Below are positions 7,611 through 16,082 of a DNA stretch of 49,900 nucleotides, in pieces. Each line of letters begins with the position of its first letter. Positions within the stretch are counted from its first letter, which is position 1. Origin of the DNA: Saprospiraceae bacterium. Lineage in GTDB: Bacteria > Bacteroidota > Bacteroidia > Chitinophagales > Saprospiraceae. The stretch covers positions 1-49,900 of the forward strand of contig JADLCC010000231.1 in NCBI GenBank assembly GCA_020847425.1. The letters run 5' to 3'. Under the pieces are notes generated by a model. It was not told where the DNA came from and did no database searches. It saw only the letters and a list, made by a program, of their open reading frames with translations. A program made the position numbers and the translations under genes.

Positions 7611-9536
7611 ATGCGTATTTCCCTTCCCATCTTTTTGCTCCTCTTTCTTGCGCACACGGCCGCCTTTTCCCAAAACTACCACACCGTCAATACCACGAGT
7701 GAAAAAGCGCTGGAAGCATTCCGGGAAGGCCAAAAATACATGCAACAGAACGATGCCGCTATTGCCCTCGGGTATTTTGAAAAGGCGCTGAAAACCGATG
7801 CCCTGTTTATAGAAGCCCGGCTGGCCCTGGCGGAAACCTACGAGGAACTGCGCGATTTTTTTAAAGCCGAACGCGCTTACGAGGAAGCCATCGCACTGGA
7901 CAGCACCTTTTCCCCCGCCACATTCTTTTTTTTGGGGCAGGTAGAATGGGAGCTGGATAAATTCGGCGAGTGCGCCGGCCACCTGGACAGCTACCTGAAA
8001 AGCAAACCCGGCAACCCGCGCAACAAAAACAAAGCGGAAAGACTGCTCCTCAATGCGCGTTTTGCCGCCGAAGCCGTCAAAACCCCCGTCCCTTTTCAAT
8101 TGCGCAACACCGGCGCCGGCATCAATACCAAAGCCGACGAGTACTTCCCTTCGCTGACGGTCGACGGAGGTACCCTGATTTTTACCCGCAATGAAGGATA
8201 CGACGAGAACTTTTACAGCAGCACCAGAGCGGACACGATCTGGCAGACCGCACAGCCGCTGGAAGGGGTGAATACGCCCGACAACGAAGGGGCGCAAAGC
8301 ATCAGTTCGGACGGCACCTGGCTGGTTTTTACTGCCTGCAACCGCCGCGACGACGGCTCGCAGGGCAGTTGCGACCTGTACTGGTCGCAACTCAAAAACA
8401 AGATCTGGACCAAACCCGTGCCGTTCAGCGCCGCCATCAATTCTTCCGAATGGGACTCGCAACCGACCATCAGCGCGGACAGCAAAACGATCATGTTCAG
8501 CAGCCGGCGCCCCGGCGGAAAAGGCAAAGAGGATATCTGGGTGACCATGCGGCAAACCGGCGGCAAATGGAGCAAACCACAAAATATGGGCCCGGGCATC
8601 AATACGGGCGGCGTGGAACAAACGCCGTTCCTGCACCCCGATGGGCAAACGCTTTATTTTGCATCGGACAGCCTGCCTGGTATGGGCGGACTGGATTTGT
8701 TCGTCGTACGCCGCACGTCGGACAGTACCTGGGGCGCCCCCCGCAACCTGGGCTACCCTATTAATACCAAAGCCAATGAAGTGGCGCTTACCGTCAGCCT
8801 CGACGGCCGCACTGCCTACTACGCCACCAACCGGCCCGGCGGAAAAGGCGGCCTCGATATTTACAGTTTTGAATTGCCCGATTACGCCCGCCCGCAACCC
8901 GTCACTTACGTCCGCGCGCATGTGCACGACGCGGTTACAACACAGCCATTGGTAGCAAAAATTGAATTTACGGACCTCAGCGCGGGGCGCTCATTCCTCT
9001 CTGCCACAACGAAAGCGGATGGCTCGTTCCTGGTTTGTTTACCCGCCGGCAAGTCCTACGGGTTGAATGTGAACAAGGAAAAATACCTGTTTCACTCGGA
9101 AAATTTCAACCTGACCGGTACGGCCACACTGGAAAAACCTTTTTTACTGGAAATTGATTTACAACCAATTACGCTGGATTCCAACGGCCACGTTGCAGGA
9201 AAACCCATCGTGCTTCGCAATGTGTTTTTTGAAACGGGTTCGGCAGCCCTGCGCCCCGAATCGACCGCCGAACTCGACCGACTGCTCGATCTGCTGGTCA
9301 GCAATGCTTCCCTGCGCATCCAGATCAACGGCCATACCGATAATGTGGGTACCGACGCCTCCAACCTGCAACTTTCCGAAGCGCGGGCCAAAGCCGTGTA
9401 CGACTACCTCTGTACCAAAGGACTTGCCGCCGAGCGCCTGAAATACAAAGGTTACGGGGAAGCGCAGCCACTGGAAAGCAACGAAACTTCGGAAGGACGG
9501 ACGAGTAACCGGCGAACGGAGTTTATTGTGTGGTAA
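7611..9536 (+). CDS. OmpA-family protein with TPR, PD40/TolB-like beta-propeller repeats and C-terminal OmpA domain
   Basis: Signal peptide MRISLPIFLLLFLAHTAAFSQ. Repeated ..DG..L.F.. PD40-like units. C-terminal OmpA signature NVFFETGSAALRPES...INGHTDNVGTDASNLQLSEARAKAVYDYL...NRRTEF. Confidence 0.85.
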   Translation: MRISLPIFLLLFLAHTAAFSQNYHTVNTTSEKALEAFREGQKYMQQNDAAIALGYFEKALKTDALFIEARLALAETYEELRDFFKAERAYEEAIALDSTFSPATFFFLGQVEWELDKFGECAGHLDSYLKSKPGNPRNKNKAERLLLNARFAAEAVKTPVPFQLRNTGAGINTKADEYFPSLTVDGGTLIFTRNEGYDENFYSSTRADTIWQTAQPLEGVNTPDNEGAQSISSDGTWLVFTACNRRDDGSQGSCDLYWSQLKNKIWTKPVPFSAAINSSEWDSQPTISADSKTIMFSSRRPGGKGKEDIWVTMRQTGGKWSKPQNMGPGINTGGVEQTPFLHPDGQTLYFASDSLPGMGGLDLFVVRRTSDSTWGAPRNLGYPINTKANEVALTVSLDGRTAYYATNRPGGKGGLDIYSFELPDYARPQPVTYVRAHVHDAVTTQPLVAKIEFTDLSAGRSFLSATTKADGSFLVCLPAGKSYGLNVNKEKYLFHSENFNLTGTATLEKPFLLEIDLQPITLDSNGHVAGKPIVLRNVFFETGSAALRPESTAELDRLLDLLVSNASLRIQINGHTDNVGTDASNLQLSEARAKAVYDYLCTKGLAAERLKYKGYGEAQPLESNETSEGRTSNRRTEFIVW

Positions 9537-9958
9537 GTGAGCAAAAAGGTAAAGGGCAAGAGGCAAAGAGCAAATTTGGACACTCGATAGGGATTGATGT
9601 GTACAACTGAGCCGTATTGCATGAGATAAAACAAATGCTTGAGTGAGTGCTTATTGACGGGGTGGCTTGAAGCCACCCCGTCAATAGCCCCCCTGGCTTA
9701 CACTGCAACTGAAGCCTAAGGATTTGAATCATGAAAATCCTCTCATCTATATAATCATGGTCAAAAAAAGAGGGGCGAACGTTAATTCCGTTCACCCCTG
9801 CATATATGGACACCCGCGCTTCAATCGGGCGGGCGGAAGGACGGCAGGCCCCTCGAAGGAGGCTGCTACCGTTTTCTTGAAATGCTTGATCCAAAAAGGC
9901 AAAAGCAACCATTATCGAGTGCTCTAATTTGCCCTTTGCCTTTTGTCATTTGCCTTTT
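9537..9958. repeat. Composite ~420-nt element with family H (GGCAAAG-type) terminal inverted arms
   Basis: Left AAAAGGTAAAGGGCAAGAGGCAAAGAGCAAATTTGGACACTCGATA pairs with right TATCGAGTGCTCTAATTTGCCCTTTGCCTTTTGTCATTTGCCTTTT. Internal hairpins are present. Fills the gap between convergent stops 9536 and 9957. Confidence 0.75.
9652..9686. repeat. 35-nt perfect palindrome inside element H
   Basis: TATTGACGGGGTGGCTT G AAGCCACCCCGTCAATA. Confidence 0.7.
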
Positions 9959-12803
9959 ATAGTTTCACCAGTTTCCGCGTCAAACCCGCTCCGTTCTGAT
10001 CCCGCAAAGTTAGGAAATAAACGCCCGGCAACCAATCGCTGTCGCTGATTTCCAGCACCTGCTCTCCGTCGGGAATATTGTCAAACCATTGACTATCAAT
10101 AAGTTTTCCATTAATATCGCTCACATCGAGGCGGATATCGCTGTTTTCCCGCAGGGTAAAATTCATGCGCAAAACATGGTCGGTTGCCGGATTTGGCCAC
10201 ACCATCACATCGCTGAGCAGCCCTGCTACTTCCCGCGTCGGGGTCGTATTCAGACCGTCCGGCAAATCCACATGCTGATCGATGTACAAGCGGTATTCGC
10301 CGCGGCCCAGGGTAAGCGACAAGGAGCCGCTTCCGGGTACGTTGAGCGTATCGCCGGTATAGTATTCAAACCAGGTTCCTGTTCCGTTGCCGGCCGGGAA
10401 CGTGATCGAATTGGTCAAAACACTTGTGCCCACATTGGCCACCACAAATACATCCAGGTCGGAGCCGTTCAGTTTAATCGTACGCAAGGCACCACCGCTG
10501 ATACTTAATTGAAAATCAGTGGTTTCAAATACATCGTGGTTTCTGCGCAGGTTCAACAATGCAGCCACTACATCGTGCAGGCGGCGGCGGTAAGGATCGT
10601 CGAGGTAATCCCAGCGGATGGGTTTAGGGCTTGTGCGGCATGCGTCACCCACACCAACGGTACCGTCTTCACAATAGTTAATCGGAAAATCATAACCCAT
10701 TTCACCGAATTGCCACAACATTTTTGGTCCCGGAACGGTGTACAGCAGGTTGCTCATCAGTTCGATCCGGCGCATCCCGATGGGCAGCGATTTGATGTTG
10801 TAATTGGCTGTTGTGCTGCCGAAGTTTTTACATTCGTAGGCGATCCGTTGCTCGTCGTGGCTTTCCATGTAACCCACCAGGTGCGGAACAGACCAGCCCC
10901 GCTGTACATAGGAAATACCCGCCAGACTGGTTCCGATGCCGCCGGAATAACCGAGCGCCACATCCTTGTAAGCGCCCCACATATTGCCCCAAAGCATCAT
11001 GCCGTATTCCGCCAGTACTTTTTCTTCCGAATTTTCCGCAAAATGTTCCAGAATGACATACGTCTCCGGGTCGATATCCCAGATAAAGTCGGCGTAATTT
11101 TTCCAGATGGCAATGCGGGATGCGTCGTACTGCCCCCAGGCGCCCGTGTTCCCCAAGGTGTTGAGCTGTGTAAAACCTTTGGATAGGTCGAACCGGAAAC
11201 CATCTACACGAAATTCTTCGAGCCAGTATTTTAAACAGTTTTTGGTGTAGGTCTTGGTTGCGAGGCTTTCGTGGTTAAAGTCATTAAATACGTTAAAATC
11301 GTGCTTGGCAACAGGATTCAGCCAGGGATTATTGGCAGCGGGGCGGTTGTTGGCGGCATCCCAATAGAGTTGGGCCAGTGGGCTGGCGCCAGTCGCTTGA
11401 TTGAATACCACATCCAGGATCACGGCAATGCCGCGCTGGTGGCAGGCATCGATCACCATTTTCAGCGCATCGGCCGTACCGTAATATTTATCCAGTGCCT
11501 TGTGGTAGGAAGGCCCGTAGCCCCAGTTGATGTTGCCGTCAAATTCATTCACCGGCATCAGTTCGATGGCTGTGATTCCAAGTTTATCTAAGTAATCGAG
11601 CGTATCGAGCAGGGTTGGGTAGTCATGCCTGGATAAAAAATCGCGCATCAGCAGTTCATACACTACCAGTTCGTTTTTTGCCGGGCGTACGTAGTCGGTG
11701 GCTTGCCAGTCGAATGGTGTCTGGGCTGTTTGCAGCACGGAAACAGCGCCGGTGGTCAGGCCTGAGGGATAAGCCGGCAGATCAGGGTACGTTTCATCCG
11801 GAATAAACCCATCATTTCCGGCATCGAGCACGAGTGTACTCAGCGGGTCGGCTATTTTCAATGCCCCATCTACAAGGTATTGAAAACGAACTAGTTGGCC
11901 GGGAGTGAGCCCCGTCAGTTCGATCCACCAGATTTTTCCATCCACACTGTTGCGCATCTGAAAAGCCGGGTCGGGCAGCCAGTTGCTGAAATCGCCGAGG
12001 GCAAAAATCACTTGTTTCCCCGGCGCGTACAATACAAGCCGCGCGGTGGTGTTGTCCACGTAAGTGATGCCCCATTCGCTCCCGGCAGGCGGGTCCTGCG
12101 CAGGCAGTTCGGCCGGAATCACGTAGTTGAAAACCGCTGTGTCCTGGAATGCGCCCGCAACCGACACAAAACTGATCCGGTGCAAACCTACGCCTGCAGC
12201 CGTCAGTGTTGTTTCCAGCACTTCGCCCTCCACAGTTGTGAGCAGGGTGCCGTTGTCGTACAGCGACAGGGTTCCGCTGAGCGAAGAGGCTGCTCTTACC
12301 GGAATCTGAGCACCCGGATCGACCACCAGCGCCGGCACAGCAGGCTCCAGAAATGCCGTGTGCAACGGAACGTCATCCGCGTACACATCGTAAAAAATAT
12401 CCGCTCCGTCTGCTGCGCGGCCTACAATACTGCCCGACTGGTTGCGGAAAACAAACGCAAGTTTCAGTACGGTTTCACCCGGCTGAATGCCAAAAAAGTC
12501 GTTGATGATAATGGTTTTTTTCCAAACATTGGGGGAAACATTCTGCATGGCGCCTACCGGATCGGCAATGCCCCAGGTCGTTGGCACATGCTGCCAATTG
12601 GATGGAGATGTACTGGCCGAAGTAATGACGCCCATGTGCGCATAAACGGGTGAAACACCGGTCAATGCGCCGTTGCCCTGTGTGGCATCAAAAAAAATAG
12701 TGATTTGCGCGGATTGTGTTGGGAACAAAGGCTGGCAACTGACCTGGGCCACAACAAGGCGCAGACTCAGCAACAAAAGCGGCAAGAGGAGTACTTTTTT
12801 CAT
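9957..12803 (-). CDS. GH13 alpha-amylase-family glycoside hydrolase with T9SS C-terminal sorting domain
   Basis: Start trimmed to 12803 (MKKVLLLPLLLLSLRLVVAQ signal). GH13 regions GFRFDLSKG (II), ILEHFAE (III), YMESHDEQR (IV), DVVFNQ (I). C-terminus WPNPATDHV...YFLTLRD...RKLVKL resembles a Por secretion CTD. Confidence 0.85.
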   Translation of the reverse strand: MKKVLLLPLLLLSLRLVVAQVSCQPLFPTQSAQITIFFDATQGNGALTGVSPVYAHMGVITSASTSPSNWQHVPTTWGIADPVGAMQNVSPNVWKKTIIINDFFGIQPGETVLKLAFVFRNQSGSIVGRAADGADIFYDVYADDVPLHTAFLEPAVPALVVDPGAQIPVRAASSLSGTLSLYDNGTLLTTVEGEVLETTLTAAGVGLHRISFVSVAGAFQDTAVFNYVIPAELPAQDPPAGSEWGITYVDNTTARLVLYAPGKQVIFALGDFSNWLPDPAFQMRNSVDGKIWWIELTGLTPGQLVRFQYLVDGALKIADPLSTLVLDAGNDGFIPDETYPDLPAYPSGLTTGAVSVLQTAQTPFDWQATDYVRPAKNELVVYELLMRDFLSRHDYPTLLDTLDYLDKLGITAIELMPVNEFDGNINWGYGPSYHKALDKYYGTADALKMVIDACHQRGIAVILDVVFNQATGASPLAQLYWDAANNRPAANNPWLNPVAKHDFNVFNDFNHESLATKTYTKNCLKYWLEEFRVDGFRFDLSKGFTQLNTLGNTGAWGQYDASRIAIWKNYADFIWDIDPETYVILEHFAENSEEKVLAEYGMMLWGNMWGAYKDVALGYSGGIGTSLAGISYVQRGWSVPHLVGYMESHDEQRIAYECKNFGSTTANYNIKSLPIGMRRIELMSNLLYTVPGPKMLWQFGEMGYDFPINYCEDGTVGVGDACRTSPKPIRWDYLDDPYRRRLHDVVAALLNLRRNHDVFETTDFQLSISGGALRTIKLNGSDLDVFVVANVGTSVLTNSITFPAGNGTGTWFEYYTGDTLNVPGSGSLSLTLGRGEYRLYIDQHVDLPDGLNTTPTREVAGLLSDVMVWPNPATDHVLRMNFTLRENSDIRLDVSDINGKLIDSQWFDNIPDGEQVLEISDSDWLPGVYFLTLRDQNGAGLTRKLVKL

Positions 12804-12882
12804 ACCGGAACGATCGGATTTGGTGAAATAGAAAATCCTATTCCACCAAATGGCGAAATAGGATAGGGTAAGGTGTGTTTTC

Positions 12883-13944
12883 ATGGCAAAGAAACACATA
12901 ATTTCGCAGATGCAACTCACGTTCCAACCACTTTTACTCGAACTTCGGCACCCTTTCCGGCTGGCTACCGGGATGCGTACCCACACCAACGCCATGCTGA
13001 CGGAGATCAGTCTGGGTGCGTATACCGGTTTTGGAGAAGCCGCAATGCCGCCTTATTACGGTGAAACCCACCAGAGCGCCGCCGTTTTTCTGGGCCTGGC
13101 CGCCACGCGGCTGCAAACGTACCACCAACCGCTTTCCGGGTCGCTTATTACTGCCATTATGCAGGAAATAGACGCTCTGGCGCCCGGCAACCACGCCGCC
13201 AAAGCCTCGGTAGACATTGCGTTACACGACCTTTGGGGGAAAATGGAAAGCAAACCCCTGTGGTCGTTATGGGGTATTTCGCCCGAAAAAATGCCACCGA
13301 CCAGTTTTACGTTGGGCCTGGACAGCCCGGAAATGACGCGCCGAAAACTGGAAGAAGCCGGCGATTTTCAAATTTTAAAAATAAAACTGGGTTCGGATGA
13401 CGACCGCGCCGTCATTCGCACCGTTCGCGAACTGAGCGACAAACCGATTTATGCCGATGCCAACCAGGGCTGGCGCAACCGCGAAGCGGCGCTCGACCTG
13501 GTCTGCTGGCTACAGGAACAACAGGTGCAATTGATCGAACAGCCTTTTCACAAAAACGACCTCGAATCGGCCGCCTGGCTTACGGAACGATCGCCGCTGC
13601 CCATTTTCGCCGATGAAAGTTTTCAGCGCCTCTCGGAACTGGAACGCATCGCAGGTTGTTTCCATGGCGTCAATGTAAAACTGATGAAATGTACGGGCCT
13701 CGCCGAAGCGCGTCGGACCATTGCGGCGGCCGGGGCTAAAGGACTACAGGTGATGATCGGATGTATGACGGAAACCTCCTGCGCCATTGCAGCGGCGGCG
13801 CAAATTGCTCCCTTGTGCGATTTTGCCGACCTCGACGGCTGCTGGCTGATCAGCAATAATCCGTATGAAATGCCGGCGCTCGATCGGGGAATTATTCAAT
13901 TGAACCGGCAACCCGGGCTGGGTTTGCGCGCAAAAACGGCCTGA
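12883..13944 (+). CDS. Dipeptide epimerase (L-Ala-D/L-Glu epimerase type), enolase superfamily
   Basis: Motifs LKIKLG (KxK), ADANQGW, IEQP, ADES, VNVKLMKCTG, MIGCMTE and DLDG are typical of MR/MLE dipeptide epimerases. The start could instead be the in-frame ATG at 12910. Confidence 0.8.
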   Translation: MAKKHIISQMQLTFQPLLLELRHPFRLATGMRTHTNAMLTEISLGAYTGFGEAAMPPYYGETHQSAAVFLGLAATRLQTYHQPLSGSLITAIMQEIDALAPGNHAAKASVDIALHDLWGKMESKPLWSLWGISPEKMPPTSFTLGLDSPEMTRRKLEEAGDFQILKIKLGSDDDRAVIRTVRELSDKPIYADANQGWRNREAALDLVCWLQEQQVQLIEQPFHKNDLESAAWLTERSPLPIFADESFQRLSELERIAGCFHGVNVKLMKCTGLAEARRTIAAAGAKGLQVMIGCMTETSCAIAAAAQIAPLCDFADLDGCWLISNNPYEMPALDRGIIQLNRQPGLGLRAKTA

Positions 13945-14113
13945 CGAGTTGACATTTTTTGGCGTTTTTAAAAAATGTGCATGGTTTTTGACTATCACTT
14001 GTAACAAAAAGAAACCCTTGCGTCATAAACTGTGTTTTCAACCGTTGTACTTACGCAAGCAATGCCTCGACAAACTTTAATATTGATCACTACTCGCCAC
14101 TGGCAACACATAT

Positions 14114-14422
14114 ATGGATAATCAATCGATCCAGTTTATGGTGGATTTCACCATGCCTCAAGACCTTCCGGAAGAGTTTGTAAGCCGGATTCCCCAGCAA
14201 AGAGCCGCTGTCAACCGGTTGTTGAGTGAAGGAAAAATACTCAATTATGCCCTTTCGCTCGAAAACTCGAAGCTGTGGGTTGTTTTTTCCGTGCCCTCTC
14301 AGTCCGAACTCATAGCACTGATCGAGCAAATGCCGCTCACCCGTTTTATGCAGTACGACATCAGCGAACTGACATTTTATAATGCCTCCAACCCTTTTGT
14401 ACAGGCATTTTCGATGAACTGA
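14114..14422 (+). CDS. Small conserved cytoplasmic protein, possibly muconolactone isomerase-like family
   Basis: 102-aa ORF in its own gap. FMVDFTMPQDLPEEF...IPQQRAAVNRLL..GK resembles small Bacteroidota proteins I recall annotated as MIase-like. This is a weak recollection only. Confidence 0.35.
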   Translation: MDNQSIQFMVDFTMPQDLPEEFVSRIPQQRAAVNRLLSEGKILNYALSLENSKLWVVFSVPSQSELIALIEQMPLTRFMQYDISELTFYNASNPFVQAFSMN

Positions 14423-14437
14423 CTTTTTGTCTGCTAC

Positions 14438-15376
14438 CTACAACACCACCCGGAGCGCCTTTTCCAGCAAGGTAAATTCGGCGGGTGTTTCGCCTAAAAA
14501 TTCTCCATCCGCTTCCAGCAAAGTAGGGCTTTTGCCCGTCTGCACGACCTTGATGCTGCGCGCCTGCGCACTGCCTATTTTGGGATGTTGCAACAGCGTT
14601 CCATTGTAAAACCGCGAAGTTTGCAGCAGTACTTCCATTTTTTGTAACCGCCGGGCGTAGGTGAGCGCGAACAAACCGTCGTCGGGAATGGCATGCGGCA
14701 CCAGTTGCATCCCGCCGCCGGAAAAGCGGCACAACCCGATATTAATGGTATAAAAATCATCTTCCACAAGCTGCCCGTCAAAGGTGATTTGTGCGCCGGT
14801 CAGGCGGTATTCCATCAGGTATTGCGCCACCATCAGCAGGTAATGCAAGCGGTTTTGAGCGGGGCGCTCCATCAGTTTTTTGCCGATAAAACCATCATAG
14901 GCCATACCGGCCACATTGACGAAATACCGTTTTTCCGCTTTCCCGTCCCTGAAATAATGAACCAGTCCGGCATCCTGTAAGGTTGTTGTTGGGCTTTTGA
15001 GCCGTTCGAGTCGCTTTGCGGGATCGAAAGATATTTTGTATTGCCTGGCCCAGTCGTTGCCGGTGCCGACCGGAAGCAAGGCATAATACACCTCGGCAGA
15101 AGGGACAAAAGGCTGCCCAAGAATGCCATTGGCAATTTCGTGGTTGGTGCCGTCTCCTCCGATGCCCAGCAGATACCTGCCGCCTTTCAGAATGATATCT
15201 TCTGCCAGTCGCACGGCATGCCCCCTGCGCTCGGTAAAATACACGGAATAGGAAAAACCCATTTCCTGCAACAGTTGTTCGATCCGGGGCCAGCGCCGTC
15301 CGACGCTGCCGCCACCGGCCGCAGGATTGGCAATAATGTGCCAGAAAGGAGTTGGTTCAGTCGTTTGCATGAGCAC
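14438..15376 (-). CDS. Diacylglycerol kinase-family lipid kinase (YegS/BmrU type)
   Basis: Motifs NPAAGGG, GGDGTNHEIANG and LPVGTGNDWAR. Confidence 0.85.
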   Translation of the reverse strand: MLMQTTEPTPFWHIIANPAAGGGSVGRRWPRIEQLLQEMGFSYSVYFTERRGHAVRLAEDIILKGGRYLLGIGGDGTNHEIANGILGQPFVPSAEVYYALLPVGTGNDWARQYKISFDPAKRLERLKSPTTTLQDAGLVHYFRDGKAEKRYFVNVAGMAYDGFIGKKLMERPAQNRLHYLLMVAQYLMEYRLTGAQITFDGQLVEDDFYTINIGLCRFSGGGMQLVPHAIPDDGLFALTYARRLQKMEVLLQTSRFYNGTLLQHPKIGSAQARSIKVVQTGKSPTLLEADGEFLGETPAEFTLLEKALRVVL

Positions 15377-15390
15377 AAATGTAATTGATC

Positions 15391-15473
15391 GTGTTTAGTT
15401 TTTTGTGTTTAGTGTATAGGATAAGGCTGACAGTCAATCCTTTGCGAAATACAAAACACAAAAAACTAAACAC
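15391..15473. repeat. Word-arm hairpin, family G (GTGTTT-type units), copy 1
   Basis: GTGTTTAGTTTTTTGTGTTTAGTGTA is opposed by ACAAAACACAAAAAACTAAACAC. Confidence 0.8.
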
Positions 15474-15513
15474 TCCCATGGAACAGGCTGTTTGAGTTGT
15501 TCCGCTCACAAGT

Positions 15514-15521
15514 TACCTTCG
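15514..15521 (+). promoter_or_regulatory. -7-like box TACCTTCG (one mismatch)
   Basis: Lies 4 nt upstream of the GTG start at 15526. The same octamer occurs at 23923. Confidence 0.3.
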
Positions 15522-15525
15522 CAGC

Positions 15526-15981
15526 GTGTTACTCGAACTCGATCTCCTTTCTTTTCAGTCCCGCCTCCGACTGTCGCAATCAGCCGGTAAACACTTTGTT
15601 TACGATCCCATCCGCAGAAAAGACATTGTGCTCACTCCGGAGGAACTGCTCCGGCAGATGGTCTTGCTGTACCTGCTGGAACATAAAAACTATCCAGCGA
15701 ACCGGATTCGGGTAGAAATTGGTATTGAGTTGAACGGCATGAAAAAGCGCTGCGATATTGTAATTTACGATCCGGAACTGCGCCCCTGGCTGCTGCTGGA
15801 ATGCAAATCGCCTAAAGTATCGCTTAATCAGGCTACTTTTGAACAGGCCGCGCGGTATAACTTACAGTTGCAAGCGCCTTTTTTAGCCATCACCAACGGC
15901 CTCGCTACTTATTGCGCCGGACTGGATTTTGAGGGTCAGAGTTTTCAGTATTTACCGGAATTGCCAGAATACTTAACGTGA
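15526..15981 (+). CDS. HsdR N-terminal-like PD-(D/E)xK domain protein (stand-alone)
   Basis: 151 aa with a GTG start. LTPEELLRQ..LLYLLE.KNYP...I.VE..I.LNG..KRCDIVIYD....PWLLLECK...L matches the type I restriction enzyme HsdR_N small-protein family pattern, including D...ExK. Confidence 0.65.
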   Translation: MLLELDLLSFQSRLRLSQSAGKHFVYDPIRRKDIVLTPEELLRQMVLLYLLEHKNYPANRIRVEIGIELNGMKKRCDIVIYDPELRPWLLLECKSPKVSLNQATFEQAARYNLQLQAPFLAITNGLATYCAGLDFEGQSFQYLPELPEYLT

Positions 15982-16081
15982 GTGGTGAATCGTGAATCGT
16001 GAGTTGCATTGGTGAATAAGAAAAGTTCGTTCATTCCTTTAACGAAATGCCACTCACGATTCACGACTCACGATTCACGAC
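15978..16081. repeat. Word-arm hairpin, family C (CGTGA(A/G)T units), copy 1
   Basis: GTGAGTGGTGAATCGTGAATCGTGAGT is opposed by CACTCACGATTCACGACTCACGATTCACGAC. Spans the whole gap between convergent stops. Confidence 0.85.
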
Positions 16082-16082
16082 A

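Noticed and set aside
9800-9870. SRP (4.5S) RNA-like GGAA tetraloop motif (GGGCGGAAGGACGGCAGGCC) inside element H.
   Set aside because: It bears only a superficial resemblance to the domain IV consensus. The flanking sequence does not form the conserved symmetric and asymmetric loops as far as I can fold it by eye.
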